A stretch of 15,018 nt of DNA, taken from positions 1-15,018 of IMG/VR virus record IMGVR_UViG_3300001525_000208. One strand, written 5' to 3'. Positions within the stretch are counted from its first letter, which is position 1, and each line of letters begins with the position of its first letter. Under the pieces are notes generated by a model, which was given only the letters and a program-made list of their open reading frames with translations, had not been told where the DNA came from and did no database searches. Positions 1 to 12,297 of this stretch are shown here, piece by piece. The translations under genes were made by a program, and so were the position numbers. The DNA comes from a virus. Its lineage: Duplodnaviria > Heunggongvirae > Uroviricota > Caudoviricetes.

Positions 1-1
1 G

Positions 2-2725
2 GAAACTACTGAATCAACTCCAACTACTGAAGAAACGGAAAGTACTGAAGAAACGGAAAGTACTGAAGAAACGGAATCATCGGATAATAACGATCTTCCG
101 ATTGATCCTACTGGTGGTATAACTGATGAAAAAACATATAAACATAAAATTGACGTTAGTACTGAAGAATCTGTAACTATTCCTAAAACTACTATTTCTA
201 CAGAAGGTAAAAGAATTGCTACAATTTGGCATTCTTTTAACTGCTTCGAAACGGGTGTGACTCAAGATGAAAATGGAAACGTAGTTCAATTCGGAGATGG
301 AAAATTTAAAACAGATAGAATTGATAGTATTAATGGTTTATTAAATTTAGATAAAAGACGAAATCTTCCTATACAGAAATATAAAGATTATTTAATTACA
401 TTAGGTTATATTCGTTCTAAACTTTTGTCAACTAAAGATAAAAATGAATTAGTTGATTTCATCGCTTAGCAATTGGGAATAAATGATGTTTATTTAACTT
501 TTGGTCTTAAAGCAACAACTAATACATCTGAAAGAAGTAACGAATTTGGATTTGATAATGAAAATTATGCAAGATTCGCTAAATCTGATAATGAAAAATT
601 ACAGTTTATTCATTCAAAGGATACCAATAGTAAAAACATAAAAAGAACACAATTTGTTGCTATCGTTGGCAATGAAGAATTAGGGGATGTGTTAGAGATA
701 CCTTTGTTTGTTCCAACATCACCTTTAACAATGATGTAGTTAACGGTAGGAGATGAATTAGTATTTCCAGGAGCTTACGATATATATTCTAATACGCAAG
801 GAGATATGAAGCAAAAATTAGATAAAGTAATTGATGCTTACAAATCCGATCCTAATTATACACAATTAATTGATGCTATTAAAATTTTCCAATTTACAGC
901 AAATGGAATGTTTTATTTAGATTAGTATTCGATGTCTGATTGGGAAACTTGGACTCCTGCACAAGGTATGGAACAATTAGGGCCTTAGTTTGCAATGAGT
1001 AAAGGTAAAATGCAAATAGCTGAAGGTTTAGGTTATGATGCCGATTGGGTTAATATTGAAAAATTTGCAGAGGATCCTTCTATAAATATTTCTCCTATTC
1101 TTACTTCTAAAACAAAATTTATTGACGGTTACGATAAACCTGTTGTACAAGCAGGACATCCTTTCGTGTTAATATCTTATGATAAAAATATATTAGATTT
1201 AGGTGAATATTATGTTAATCAACTTACAGACCCTTAGAATTATCCTAAAAAAGTAAAATTAGTATATGTTTTACCACCTAAAGTAGGAATTAAGGAATAT
1301 ATTGAAAATAAGTATAATATTATTAATTAGAAAGGCAGTAATGCTAAAAATATTGGTAATTTATTTACATCATATCGTATATTAAATCAAATTTTATTTG
1401 ATGATAGATTTAAACAACTTTTTCCTTGGGTTAAGGATAAAACTTTAAATTTTGTAAAAGATAAAATTGAGCAATTAAATAATATTGAAGGTGATGATGC
1501 ACAATAGGTTTAGGCAAATTTATTAGGTTCTCAATCTGATTGGACATCTATAGGAAAAAAACAAGAATCTTTATCAAGACAATTTGATAATTTCCTAAAA
1601 GGATTAGTATATATAAATATAAACAATATTACTAGTCACGGAGGAATTGAATATCATCCTGAAAATTTACAAAAATTAGAATAGTTGGTAGCTGGAACTA
1701 AATATGAAAGTATTTACTATAGTACTCAAAAACCTCCTGTTGATTAGTTAGTATATCACGGTCCATTTATGCAAGCTGTTCAAGATAAAAATTGGAGTAT
1801 TGATGGTTTAAGTTATTAGATTCATGGTAAAATAGATTCTCCTGCGTTTAGATGCGATTTAAGTAATTTCTTTCATAATATTGTAAAAAATAAAATGAGA
1901 TATTATAATTCACCAAAAGGTATTATCAAATATTCTAGAGATAATACAAAATATAACGAAGAAAGAAATTCTAATTTATCTAGACCTACTAAACAAGTTG
2001 CTGAATATACTCAGGAACAAAAGGAAACTTTAAAACAAGTACTAAAATTATCTTACGCTGATAAAATTTTACAAGGAATTGATATTAAAGATGAAAATGC
2101 TTTAGTTGAAATTGCTAATAAAATAAACAAAGAAGGATAGAATGTTGCAATTGTTATAGATAATAAATTGCACATATCTATAGATAATCCTATTTTTAAA
2201 AATAAAGAAGTTTATTTATAGTCTAATGATGGAACTGTTATTAGTAAATTGGATGATTCAGTTAAAACTTTAACAGGAACTTATGAATTTAAATTAAAAA
2301 CAGTCGATTCTGAAAATAATACTATTGAGTATAACGCTTCTTTCGAAAACGGAAATTTAACTTTAAATGAAATTGTTACTGAAACTAATAATTCGTCAGA
2401 ATTATCTTCAGAAGAAATTGAATTAGATTTAAACGATAATGAAATATTAACATTTAAAGATTTAGCAGAAGATATTCCAGATGAAATAGATAGAGGATTA
2501 TTAAGAGAACAAGATAATTTAGATGATTTAAAGGATTCTTTAGAATTCGATCTTGATGAAACAGATAGAGTTAATTTAAAAAATTGGTTTACTCAAGAAA
2601 TAAATAATCAAGATGAAGGTTCTGTAAATAGAACTATTTATGAAAAATTACTTAATTATTTAAATTAGGAACAACAAGAAGAATCTAATATAAATTGTCC
2701 TATTCCTATAACTATTAAATTTTAA
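2..2725 (+). CDS. Large phage protein of unknown function, 5'-truncated (907 aa visible with TAG=Gln); probable virion cargo protein
   Basis: Frame 2 is open from base 2 to TAA at 2723-2725 if TAG is read through. In-frame TAGs at 467, 737, 923, 986, 1235, 1328, 1505, 1511, 1682, 1745, 1817, 2138, 2219, 2666. It joins track ORFs 257, 473, 995, 1895 and 2249 (all the same frame). Begins in an E/T/S-rich linker, has an acidic C-terminal part and ends ...NINCPIPITIKF*. No catalytic motif recognised; the cargo role is inferred from position next to the RNAP gene. Confidence 0.85.
26..79 (+). repeat. In-frame 18-bp tandem repeat (ACTGAAGAAACGGAAAGT) x3 encoding TEETES
   Basis: Copies at 26-43 and 44-61 are identical; the copy at 62-79 ends TCA instead of AGT (both Ser). 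Lies in the low-complexity stretch ETTESTPTTEETESTEETESTEETESS. Confidence 0.95.
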
Positions 2726-2730
2726 ATATG
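2723..2730 (+). promoter_or_regulatory. Stop-start junction TAA-AT-ATG, probable translational coupling, no Shine-Dalgarno
   Basis: TAA 2723-2725, ATG 2728-2730; A at -3; no AGGAG upstream. Confidence 0.6.
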
Positions 2731-5700
2731 GCTCAAAAATGTCAATTAACTAAAAAAGACATTACAGAACTTAGACATGATCTTGTGGAATTATAGAAAT
2801 CTATATCTTCACAAGATCGTGTTTCTAATAAGGGAATTTCGATTATGAAGAAAAGTGTTTACGAAATTCTTAAAAATCTTACTAGATTTGATTTATCTAA
2901 CAGTAATGATAATGCTGATGTCTTAGTATAGAATATCTTAAAAGGATGTAAATAGTATATAAATTCAGCTCCTGATTTTTTCAATGCTACAAATTTAAAA
3001 AATCTATTATTAGATTCAAGTCACGGTATAAAAACAGATGTTGATAGAAGAGAAGATAAAACCACTTCCATACTAGAACCTATTGTTACTAATATGGATG
3101 CTGGAAATGTTAATAATGAGATTTTAGTAAAAGCATATGGATCTGCAACAGATGTAAGGTTATCAGCAGAAAGAGTATTTAAAAAGCATTTAGTAGATAG
3201 TATGATTATTAATCGTACTGATCGTAAAATAATTACTAGTACTGAAGATATTAATAACAATGTTCGAAATCTAAATCAACATTTACTTAATATCATTTAT
3301 AATTATATTAAATCTACTAATACAGATGCTTCTGCTAAAGAACTTTTGTCTCAACCTTGGATTATGTATGATTCTGAAGGTAACTATACGGGAATAATTA
3401 ATCAAGTCCAAGGATTGATTAATCAAAGTTTAATGTTTTCACCTGAAACTTTAAGTAGACTAAGACGTAATAGTTTAAGCGGAGGTAGTAAAGCTAAAAA
3501 TGCGTTAGATGCATATAATGCTAATGTATTATTGCGGAACATTGATACTTTTATAAAATTACAATTCGGGGATAATATCGAGGTAAATAATTTTGGTAAT
3601 TATCAAGGAACCAATAAATATAAATTTGCAGAAAAAGGCGCAGATAATAATACAACTTGGCGTAAAGATGATAACATCGATGTAGCTAAAGAAGTAAGTG
3701 GTGTAACCAAAATGATGATTGAAACAAGTAAATTTTATTCTTGGAATTCAAGAGAAACACCTGTGTCTGATACTTATATTAAATTTTAGGATTTTAATCA
3801 TATAATTGCTAAAATTAAAACATTAGGACTTGATGGAAGAGCATACGAAATAGATTTTAATGAATCTTATTTCAAGTATAATATTTTACCTAAATTAAAT
3901 AACAAAACTAGAAATTTAATTAGTCATACATCTTCATTAGCAAGTCTAATTAATAGATCTAGATTTAATCCTCAAACTTATTTTTCTGCAATATTTGAGT
4001 TATTAGCAAATCAAGAATTTTATAAATATGCTTCATCTAAGCCTAATACAAATATTTATCAAGAATTTCAATCTTATGATAAAGATATTTTATTTAGTTG
4101 TTATAAAAGTATATTTAGTGATTCTGAATCTGAATCAATACATAAAATTAATAATCAAGATATAACTAAAAATTATTATAGTTATATAGCACAAGTTGCA
4201 GATTCTATATTCAGAGTAAATTTCTTACAATACTATCTTGATGACGAAGGAGTTTATAAAGTAAGAACTCTTCAAGATCAAAGTTTTGATAATATTAGTA
4301 GAGATATAGAAGATGCAATATGTTTACCTAATAGTAGAATAACGGGTGACTTTAAGTCAAGTTCTGAACTATATCAAATCAATCCTGTTTATAATAATGA
4401 TAAAAAATTCACAGGAATTGAATTTAAAATTCCAGGATACGATTATAAAATAAATGTAGATATTTCAGGATCAGTAAAAGTTATTGATAATAACGGAGCT
4501 AAAACAAATTTCAAAAGTACAGATTGGACTAATTCAAATTTTAGAGATTTTTTAGAAAATATTTTACATCAAAATTTAGGAATTAGTGAAGATACTGTAT
4601 TTACTAATTATGTATTAGATAGTTTCGGGAGTACTCAAAATGCAGTTGAAAGTTTATTTAATACTTCTGCAAAAGTATTAATGAATCAATATATTTCTAA
4701 TGTTTTATTAAAAGATAAAACAGATCCTGATTCATTAAAAGATGAAATAAAGTCTATATATACTGACAAAAAAACTCCTAAAATTAATTATAAATTAGGA
4801 GAAATAAAATTAATACATCCTGCTGATGTAGATACTATTAAAACTTTAGCCAAAGCTAAAGCAAGTATGTTAGGTTTAACTGTATCTACATCAACGAGAG
4901 ATGGTGAAGGTAATTCTCAATCAACTACGTCGTTTAGTCGTTTATACGGAGCTAGAGGTATACAATGGGAATTACAAAATAGAAAATTAAACAGTGCTAC
5001 TAAAAATAGTTGTATTATTAATAATCCTAATATTTTAAAAGGACTTTATACAGCTAAGGAAGTAAAAACTGATAATGTAAAATCACAAACTAATTTTACA
5101 GTATCTGAATTTACATATTCGTCATTTATTTTAGATTACATTGGAGGTAAATGTACTACTAGTGATAGACATGTTGTAGGTAATGGTGTGGTTGCTATAG
5201 TTCCTTCAGAAAATTCTGATAAAACTACCATTGCAAGATTATTAGTTGATACTAATCAAAAGGTACAATATAATAAAAATTTACCACCCAAAGCAATTAA
5301 AGATTTAACACATACTGAATTTCAACAATTTATTGATTTAGAATTAGGTAATATTTATACTGAATCTTATAAGAACATTAATAAAGATTGGAATACTATA
5401 ATTACTTATTTAAATCTTTAGATTGGAGATCACCAAGGATTAAAAAACTTTTCTGAATTAAACAATTATTATATTAATAGAGGTTTAAATCCTATTGAAG
5501 AAATTCAAAATGGTGTTTTAACATATAATCTTAATTATCCCAATCATCCTATTTCTTTAATAGATCAAGTTCATTTCTAGAATACATCTATGACTAACGA
5601 AGAAATAAGAAATTTAGGTATAAATGCTTTCTACAATGGAGATAATAGATTAACAAAAGTTGTTGAGGATTATAATCAATCTCATCCTGAAGCTATTTTA

Positions 5701-8700
5701 ACTAAAGAGAATTTTAATAATATAGATGATAAAACTTTAACACAACTTGTTAAAAAGTCAGGAATAAGTACAAAGAAATTAGGATTTAATCAATCATTAG
5801 TATCTATTATTAATAGATGCAATCCTAAATATATTCAAGATTTAGGTATTACTTTAGATCCTCGTAAATACAAATCATCTCCTGAATTTTGGAATTTTTA
5901 GAAAAAACAAATCTTAAATGATTTAACTGATTCTGATTTTCAAGTAGACATGACTAATACTGATCAAAGAGAAATTTTAAAATTATCTGAAGAACATTCT
6001 GATTGGATTAGTGATGATGGTAAGATGGTTCTTGGAAAAGTTACTTATAACGGAAAAACATTTACTGTAAGTGATAGATTTAGCGCACAACTGGCTGCTT
6101 GGAACTCAGGATTTCAAACATTTGATGATTTAATACAACAACCTACAACTTTAGTATAGATTCATCCTGAACTAGAAACTTATAACTATTTAGACTATTT
6201 ATTTTCTGAAGAATTTATTATTAGTACTGTTGGTTCTCATATTGCACATCCTGCTAAATACAAAAATGGAGATAGTGAATATGATTTATTTTATGAAGAA
6301 GGTTTAAGAAAGAAAGCACAAAATAAACGTAATGTATCTATGACTGCTGCGATGCAGGAATTTTTATTAAATACTATTGATGGAATCCCATCTACATATA
6401 ATATTGCAGTTATAGATGATATTCACGATACTCAATCTAATATAGCGGGTGTCACAGATAATGGCATTAAACCTTATGATGGAGCTACGTTTGTAAATCC
6501 ATTTATTGTATACCTAGAGAATAATTCTTTATGTGGTGCCAAAGCAGGTATTACAAAAAAACAATTTGTTCATTTCTATAATGAAAATACTGCTACTGGT
6601 GGTATTATTAAAACAGCAGGTTTCGGATTCACTAACGATTGGATGCGTAATAGCTTCCAAATACAAAATATGATGAAGAAAATGACTAATAGAATATGGA
6701 CAAAAGAAAATGATGATATCATATGCGATGTAGATATAACTTTAGATTATAATGGTAAAAAAATAGCATATGATCCTGTTTATTATAAGAAAAATGGCGT
6801 ATACTATAAACTAGAATCTATAACTAAAAATAATATTGAAAATAGTTATAACGTAGTAGCATATCAATGTAATAGCGAAGGCGATATTATACTTGATTCA
6901 GAAAATAATCCTATTCCTGATTTAGATTATAAGGACCCTATAACTATTCAAAGTAACTATCAACTTTGGCAATTATTTGGAGGTAAAGATTCTCAAGAAT
7001 TAGTAAATAATAGATTACAACCTTCAGAAACATCTATTACTAATGTAGTAAAAGCCATTAATTCTGTAGGAACTAAAAAATCTGCAAACGTTTTAACAGG
7101 CGAAGATGTATACTAGCCTTTAAAACATTCTGATATTCATTATTTGGCTACCGCAGGTGCTGTAAAACAAGGTGCTGGTAATATTAATAGTGCTGATGCT
7201 TATACGGATGACACTCCTTTAAATTTTATGAGAGTTCGTATGAATCAAGCAGGTATCCAATTGGATAAAGAACATCACGCAGACGAAGCAGAACTATCAT
7301 TAATGACTCAGGTAATTAGTGCTTGTGCTTCTAGAGGTTATACTATGGAGAGAGCAAATCAATTGTATAGAGCATTAAGAACTCTTACAGATCTAGGAAC
7401 TAAAGAATTTACTGAAGCTTTTTCTAAATACGTTGATAATCCCGAAGGTGGAAGATCTGAATTACAAGGTATAGTAAATAAAGTTATAGTTAACGCTTTG
7501 GCTACATCGGGTATTAATGAACAAAATTTTGCTTCTACAGTAGCAAAAGATTTGATTAATCAAGTTAAACAAGGAACTAAGATTAAATGGAATGAGGTTA
7601 CACTTCCGATGAGTGATAATACAATTTACGGTAAATTAGTATCAACTATAGCTGTAACTATGACAAGATCAGGTATTAAAATGAAAATCCCTGGACTTCT
7701 TGCAGTGTTGACCCCATCTAAAAGTATAATTAAATTATATGGAGATCGTAAATTAGAATCTTTCGAAAATTCCGAATCCGAATTAGAAAAATTACAAAGA
7801 AATCAAGTACCCATTTTTAATTTAGAATAGAATACACACGAATTTCATAATATTGAAATCGGTAGAAATTATTATGTTACAGATGCTAAAACAGGAGAAA
7901 CTAAAAGTGTTTTAATAAATACTCCTAGAATTCGTAGACAATTAATTCAAGATGCTAAATCTGGAAAATTTAGTAACATTGTTGAAAACGTTAAAGACGG
8001 ACGAGATTTAGCTTCTTATAATGTTAAATTTAAAACTACATCAGGTGAACAATTTGCATTATATGATGTTGATTCTATAATGGATTTATACGATTTAGCT
8101 GATTATATAGAAAATAATGATTTCAATTCTATTTTTAAATTAGGTGTAAAATATATTCCGTTTATAGAAGTTGCTAGAGCTATCACATCTAAACATCCTG
8201 AAGTAAGAGAATAGTTAACAGATATATATCTTAGTGATCTAAATTCTTCTGAAAAAATTCAAGCTATAGGTTCACTTCTTTATTCAGAAAATATAAATCC
8301 TATTGAGATTTATAATGCTAAATTTGTTGAAAAACATTTAAGACGTAGGACTCAAATAGATTTATAGACACTAACTAAAGGTTTAAACGGAAATGTAGTT
8401 CAAATTAACGGAAGACCTGTTATTATAGATAAGAATTCTATTGATATTATTCCTTATGAATTAGTAATGCCTAAAACATTCATTAATGAATTTAATCTTG
8501 ATAAATATGATGATTTAAATACAATTAAGAATGATAAATTATTCTTTTTAAGAAGAATGGTTGGAAATTGGGCTACTAAACTTGATAATGAAGTTAATTA
8601 TGATATAGAATTAAAGAGATTAGATGGAAATCATTATTATATTCTGCAATCTAAAAATCAAAGTCAATTAAAGGATTGTCATGAAAAAATTATTCCTACC

Positions 8701-11700
8701 AAATACGACGAGGAAGGAAAATTATTTAGAGTAGATGATAAAGGTAGAGTTATCTATTAGATGAATTCCGAAAATGATAAAATATTTATAGATAATAAAG
8801 GTAACGAAATTATTGTTACAGATAATCCTCAATTCTATGTACATAATTTAAATTATAACGGTTTACATTTAACACAAAACAGTAAAGTTGATTATGATGA
8901 ATTATTAAATATAATTAAGGATGAATCTAAAATAAAAAGTATTGTATATTTTTTACAAAAAGGTAATATTGAAAAACAAAACCATGAATTAAATAATTTA
9001 CCTGATGTAACTAATATGAATGAAGCAGAAGCTGAAGTATATGCTGCTAAAAATTTTCCTTTTTAGTATATATTTAGAGAAGCTTAGACTATTCATACTT
9101 CTTTTATCAAGTCGTTAGATATAGTTGCTGCTCGTATTCCTGCACAAAGTATGCAATCATTCATGACTATGCGTATTGCAGCTTTCGATAATCCAAATAT
9201 TAATACAGCTTACGTCTCTACAGCACAAATTTGGCTTCAAGGTTCCGATTATGACATCGATGCTGTATCATTAGCAACATACAGTATAGATCACAATGGT
9301 AAATTACCTGTTTGGTCGCCGTATGCAGATTTTACTTCTGTTGAAAAATTAAATACAAGTTTAGAATTACCGTTCCCCACAGGTAAAAAATTCGAAGCTG
9401 TAGAATACAAAGCTCCTTCCGGAAATGATGAAGTTTATTCTAATTTAATTCAATTTATCGGAAATGGGAGATTAGTATCTTTAACAAGAATAAACAAAGA
9501 TGGAGAAAGAATAAAAGATATTAGAATAAATGATAATTTAGATATAAATTTAATAAAAGATTTATTAGAAAACCCTGACATTATTCGTAAACCATCAGAG
9601 GGTACAGTTTAGTATCTTGCTGACAAACTACATTTAAGTACTTCTGAAACTTATAAAGTAATTTCATTATTTGAAAAAATTATTAATAATCATAATTTAT
9701 ATTTTGAGAAATTGAGTACCCATAAAATTCAATCAATTGCTTAGAATTATGCATTATATCAAATGAGTGAAATTGGTAAATCTCCTGTAAATCAATTTGA
9801 AGCACAAGCCTCTGTAGATGGTACTGTTGGTCCTATTAAAGCAGTTGGTAATAGTAGTATTGAATCTAAAAAAGCTCTTAATGAATTAGCAGGTAACTTT
9901 AATGTAAAATTTAAAGATATAAATAGATGTATGGTTGGTAAAGACGGTATTGCAATTTGTGCTACAGGTCTTAAAGGATTTTTCGGGTTGTCTCAATATA
10001 CCAATTGGATTCTTAATCATGGAACTGAAGAGCAATAGCAACATTTAGTTTTTGATAAAGTAATTAATGGGCGTACTTATAAAATGCTTACTAATGCGAT
10101 GTATAGTAATAATGGAAACATTAGTAATAAAGATATTTTGAAAATATTATCAACAGTTGATAATGATAATGACGCAGCCATCACATTATCTGCTTTATTA
10201 TCACTTGCTACTGATAATGCTAAAGAGCTTCAACTCTCTAAATTAAATGCTACAACTAAAACATTAGGAATGTACATTTATGGTTTATCTATAGGCATGG
10301 ATTTTAAAGAAATTGCAAATGCGATGATGTCTCCTGTGGGTTTGATGATATCAGAGCTTTTGAACGGAAATGTATTTAGTAATAATCCTGGAACATTTAC
10401 TTTAGATACTACGTTTGGTTATTTAGCATATCCTACATCATTAATAAATTAGTATAGATCTAAAATAAAAAATCCTTTAAGTAACAGAATTACCGAAGGA
10501 TTCTATAATAGATTTACAGAAACATTATTTAAAAGAACTGTAAATAATCTTAATATGAATTTTCATCCTGATGAAGGTCAGAAGAGTTTAGATATTTCAG
10601 CTTTTGCTAAATTAAGATCAAATTTATCGACTAAATTTGCAATTCTAGAAGGAATTAAAAATTCTTATTCTCATAAAAATTCTGATATCTATTTAAAGCA
10701 AAAATTTAATTAGATGATTACTGATTTTGAGAAATATTGTTATCAACAAGAATTAATTAAATCTTATAAATCACAATATGAAATTCTTCAATAGCTAGCT
10801 ACAGGTGCTGAAGAAATGAGAATGTTAGGTAGTATATTTAGTTTAAATCAAGGTATTCCTACCAAAGCACAAGAAATTATTAATAAAGTAAATGATATTC
10901 AAGACTTTGTTATAAAAAGATTACCTAAAGATCAAAAAGAATTTAATCTCATAAATTTTGTACACGATTCTAATTATAGACAAGAAAAAATTAATTAGTA
11001 CGATCAAGTAAAAGATACCTTTAATATATTGGAAGCTATTTCAACAGTTCCTCATTTTGAAGGATATTTAAATTCTTTAGTTTTGGCTTATACTAGTTGT
11101 TTTGCTACATCATCAAGATTTAGAACTACTGTAGTAGAAGCTCCTAAAATAATTAAAAAGGATAAAATTTCAGGAAAAAAGAAAAAAGAAGCAGCATACA
11201 AAGGTGTAGGAGATTGGGCAGCTGATACTTTGATCAATGATTACTTACTTGATAATAATGTTAGTATTAAAATACCTGAAGGTTCAATGTATTTTGATAA
11301 AGAAGGTGTGGAACGTTCAGCTGAAACAGATATGCCAATTTATTTAGGAACAGAATACGGTAATGCTACATTTAAAAAATGGTTTGAAACTAAAGTTATT
11401 CCTGAATTAAAAAAAGGTAAATTAGGAAATAAGAAATCAATTACAGTAAAATCTAATCAATTTATACAAAGATTACAACCTGTCATATTTGATAAAAATG
11501 TTTCATTTAATGCTTCTGTAGATTATTCTTTAGATATTAATATGTTACCTAAAATCGATTCAGAACGTAATGCTTTTAATGTTCTAAAGTCTAATTTTAA
11601 TAACCTATAGAGTCTTAATTATGAAGATAATCTTAACAATATACCTTTAGTTAATTTATTCTATTATTATAATCTAATAACTTATTCTAATAAAGTTAGT

Positions 11701-12297
11701 TCAAAAAATTTAACGTCTATATTCGAAGATTTACAAAATGCTAGAGTAATAGACGATTATCATAATTACGTTGGAGAATATGATAAAAATAAAGACATAA
11801 TTTTTCTTGATGATGGTATGAAATCCATGAGACCTTATGTTCATACTTTATAGAATATTTATACAGCTACAGGTGATTTCATTTATGCTAGAGGATTAAA
11901 TTCATTTAGAGTTGATCCTCATAAAAAATATGATGAAAAATAGGAAAAAGAGGAGAGAAGATAGGCTTCTGAATTAGGTGTAGAAATTGATGATATAGAT
12001 ATGGATTATGGTGGTAAAAAACGAAAAGTAAAATACGTTCCTGCTGTTACTAAAAATGTAGATCTTAACTATTTTATTAAAGGAGAAACGTATAATAATT
12101 CAGAAGGAAAATTAATAGTAGGACCATATTCATTAACTGTACAAGGATCTAAAGTAACTTAGATCCAAATATCTGAAAATGAAACATTAAATTGTGATTT
12201 TAATTTAGATACGATAGTGATACATACCCTTGAAGGTCCTATGCATAACACTTCATTATTAGATGCAATTGTAAACAAATTAAAAAATCCTTGTTAA
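2728..12297 (+). CDS. Giant single-subunit two-barrel DNA-dependent RNA polymerase (crAss-like virion RNAP), 3189 aa with TAG=Gln
   Basis: ATG at 2728 (MAQKCQL...), 2 nt after the previous TAA. Frame 1 is open to TAA at 12295-12297 with 27 in-frame TAGs (2794, 2929, 2953, 3787, 5419, 5578, 5899, 6157, 7114, 7828, 8212, 8365, 8758, 9064, 9085, 9610, 9742, 10036, 10450, 10711, 10792, 10996, 11608, 11851, 11941, 11962, 12160). It joins 11 track ORFs from 3094 to 11029. Motifs: AARIPAQSMQSFM (9127-9165) and QGSDYDIDAV (DxDxD at 9247-9261). Candidate beta-like segments: AQNKRNVSMTA, YDGATFVNP (6475-6501), HYLATAGAVKQG, GIQLDKEHHAD. Confidence 0.92.
9133..9261 (+). other. RNAP catalytic (beta'-like double-psi beta-barrel) signature: RIPAQ ... 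DYDID
   Basis: Seen: Arg codon at 9133 and Asp codons at 9247, 9253, 9259; the Arg-to-first-Asp spacing is 38 residues. Established: E. coli beta' has R425 (NRQP) and D460/D462/D464 (NADFDGD), spacing 35; the phi14:2 gp66 virion RNAP uses a DFDID-type motif. Confidence 0.9.

Noticed and set aside
77-289. Minus-strand 70-aa ORF
   Set aside because: Antisense shadow of gene 1, partly over low-complexity sequence; no motif.
3021-3260. Minus-strand 79-aa ORF
   Set aside because: Antisense shadow of the RNAP gene; its hydrophobic/Ser-rich composition is typical of the reverse complement of AT-rich coding DNA.
7837-7848. HEFH as a second metallopeptidase motif in the RNAP
   Set aside because: The spacing is HExH, not HExxH, and there is no supporting context.
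12016-12033. KKRKVK resembling an SV40-type nuclear localisation signal
   Set aside because: Lys-rich runs are expected in AT-rich coding DNA, and a bacterial host has no importin system.
12244-12252. His-Asn-Thr near the RNAP C-terminus, resembling an intein C-terminal splice junction (with YSLTV upstream)
   Set aside because: Spacing from the block-F-like YSLTV to HN is about 36 aa rather than about 15. No block A/B or homing endonuclease motif is recognised, and only 16 residues would remain as C-extein. Probably chance; a Hint-domain HMM search would settle it.
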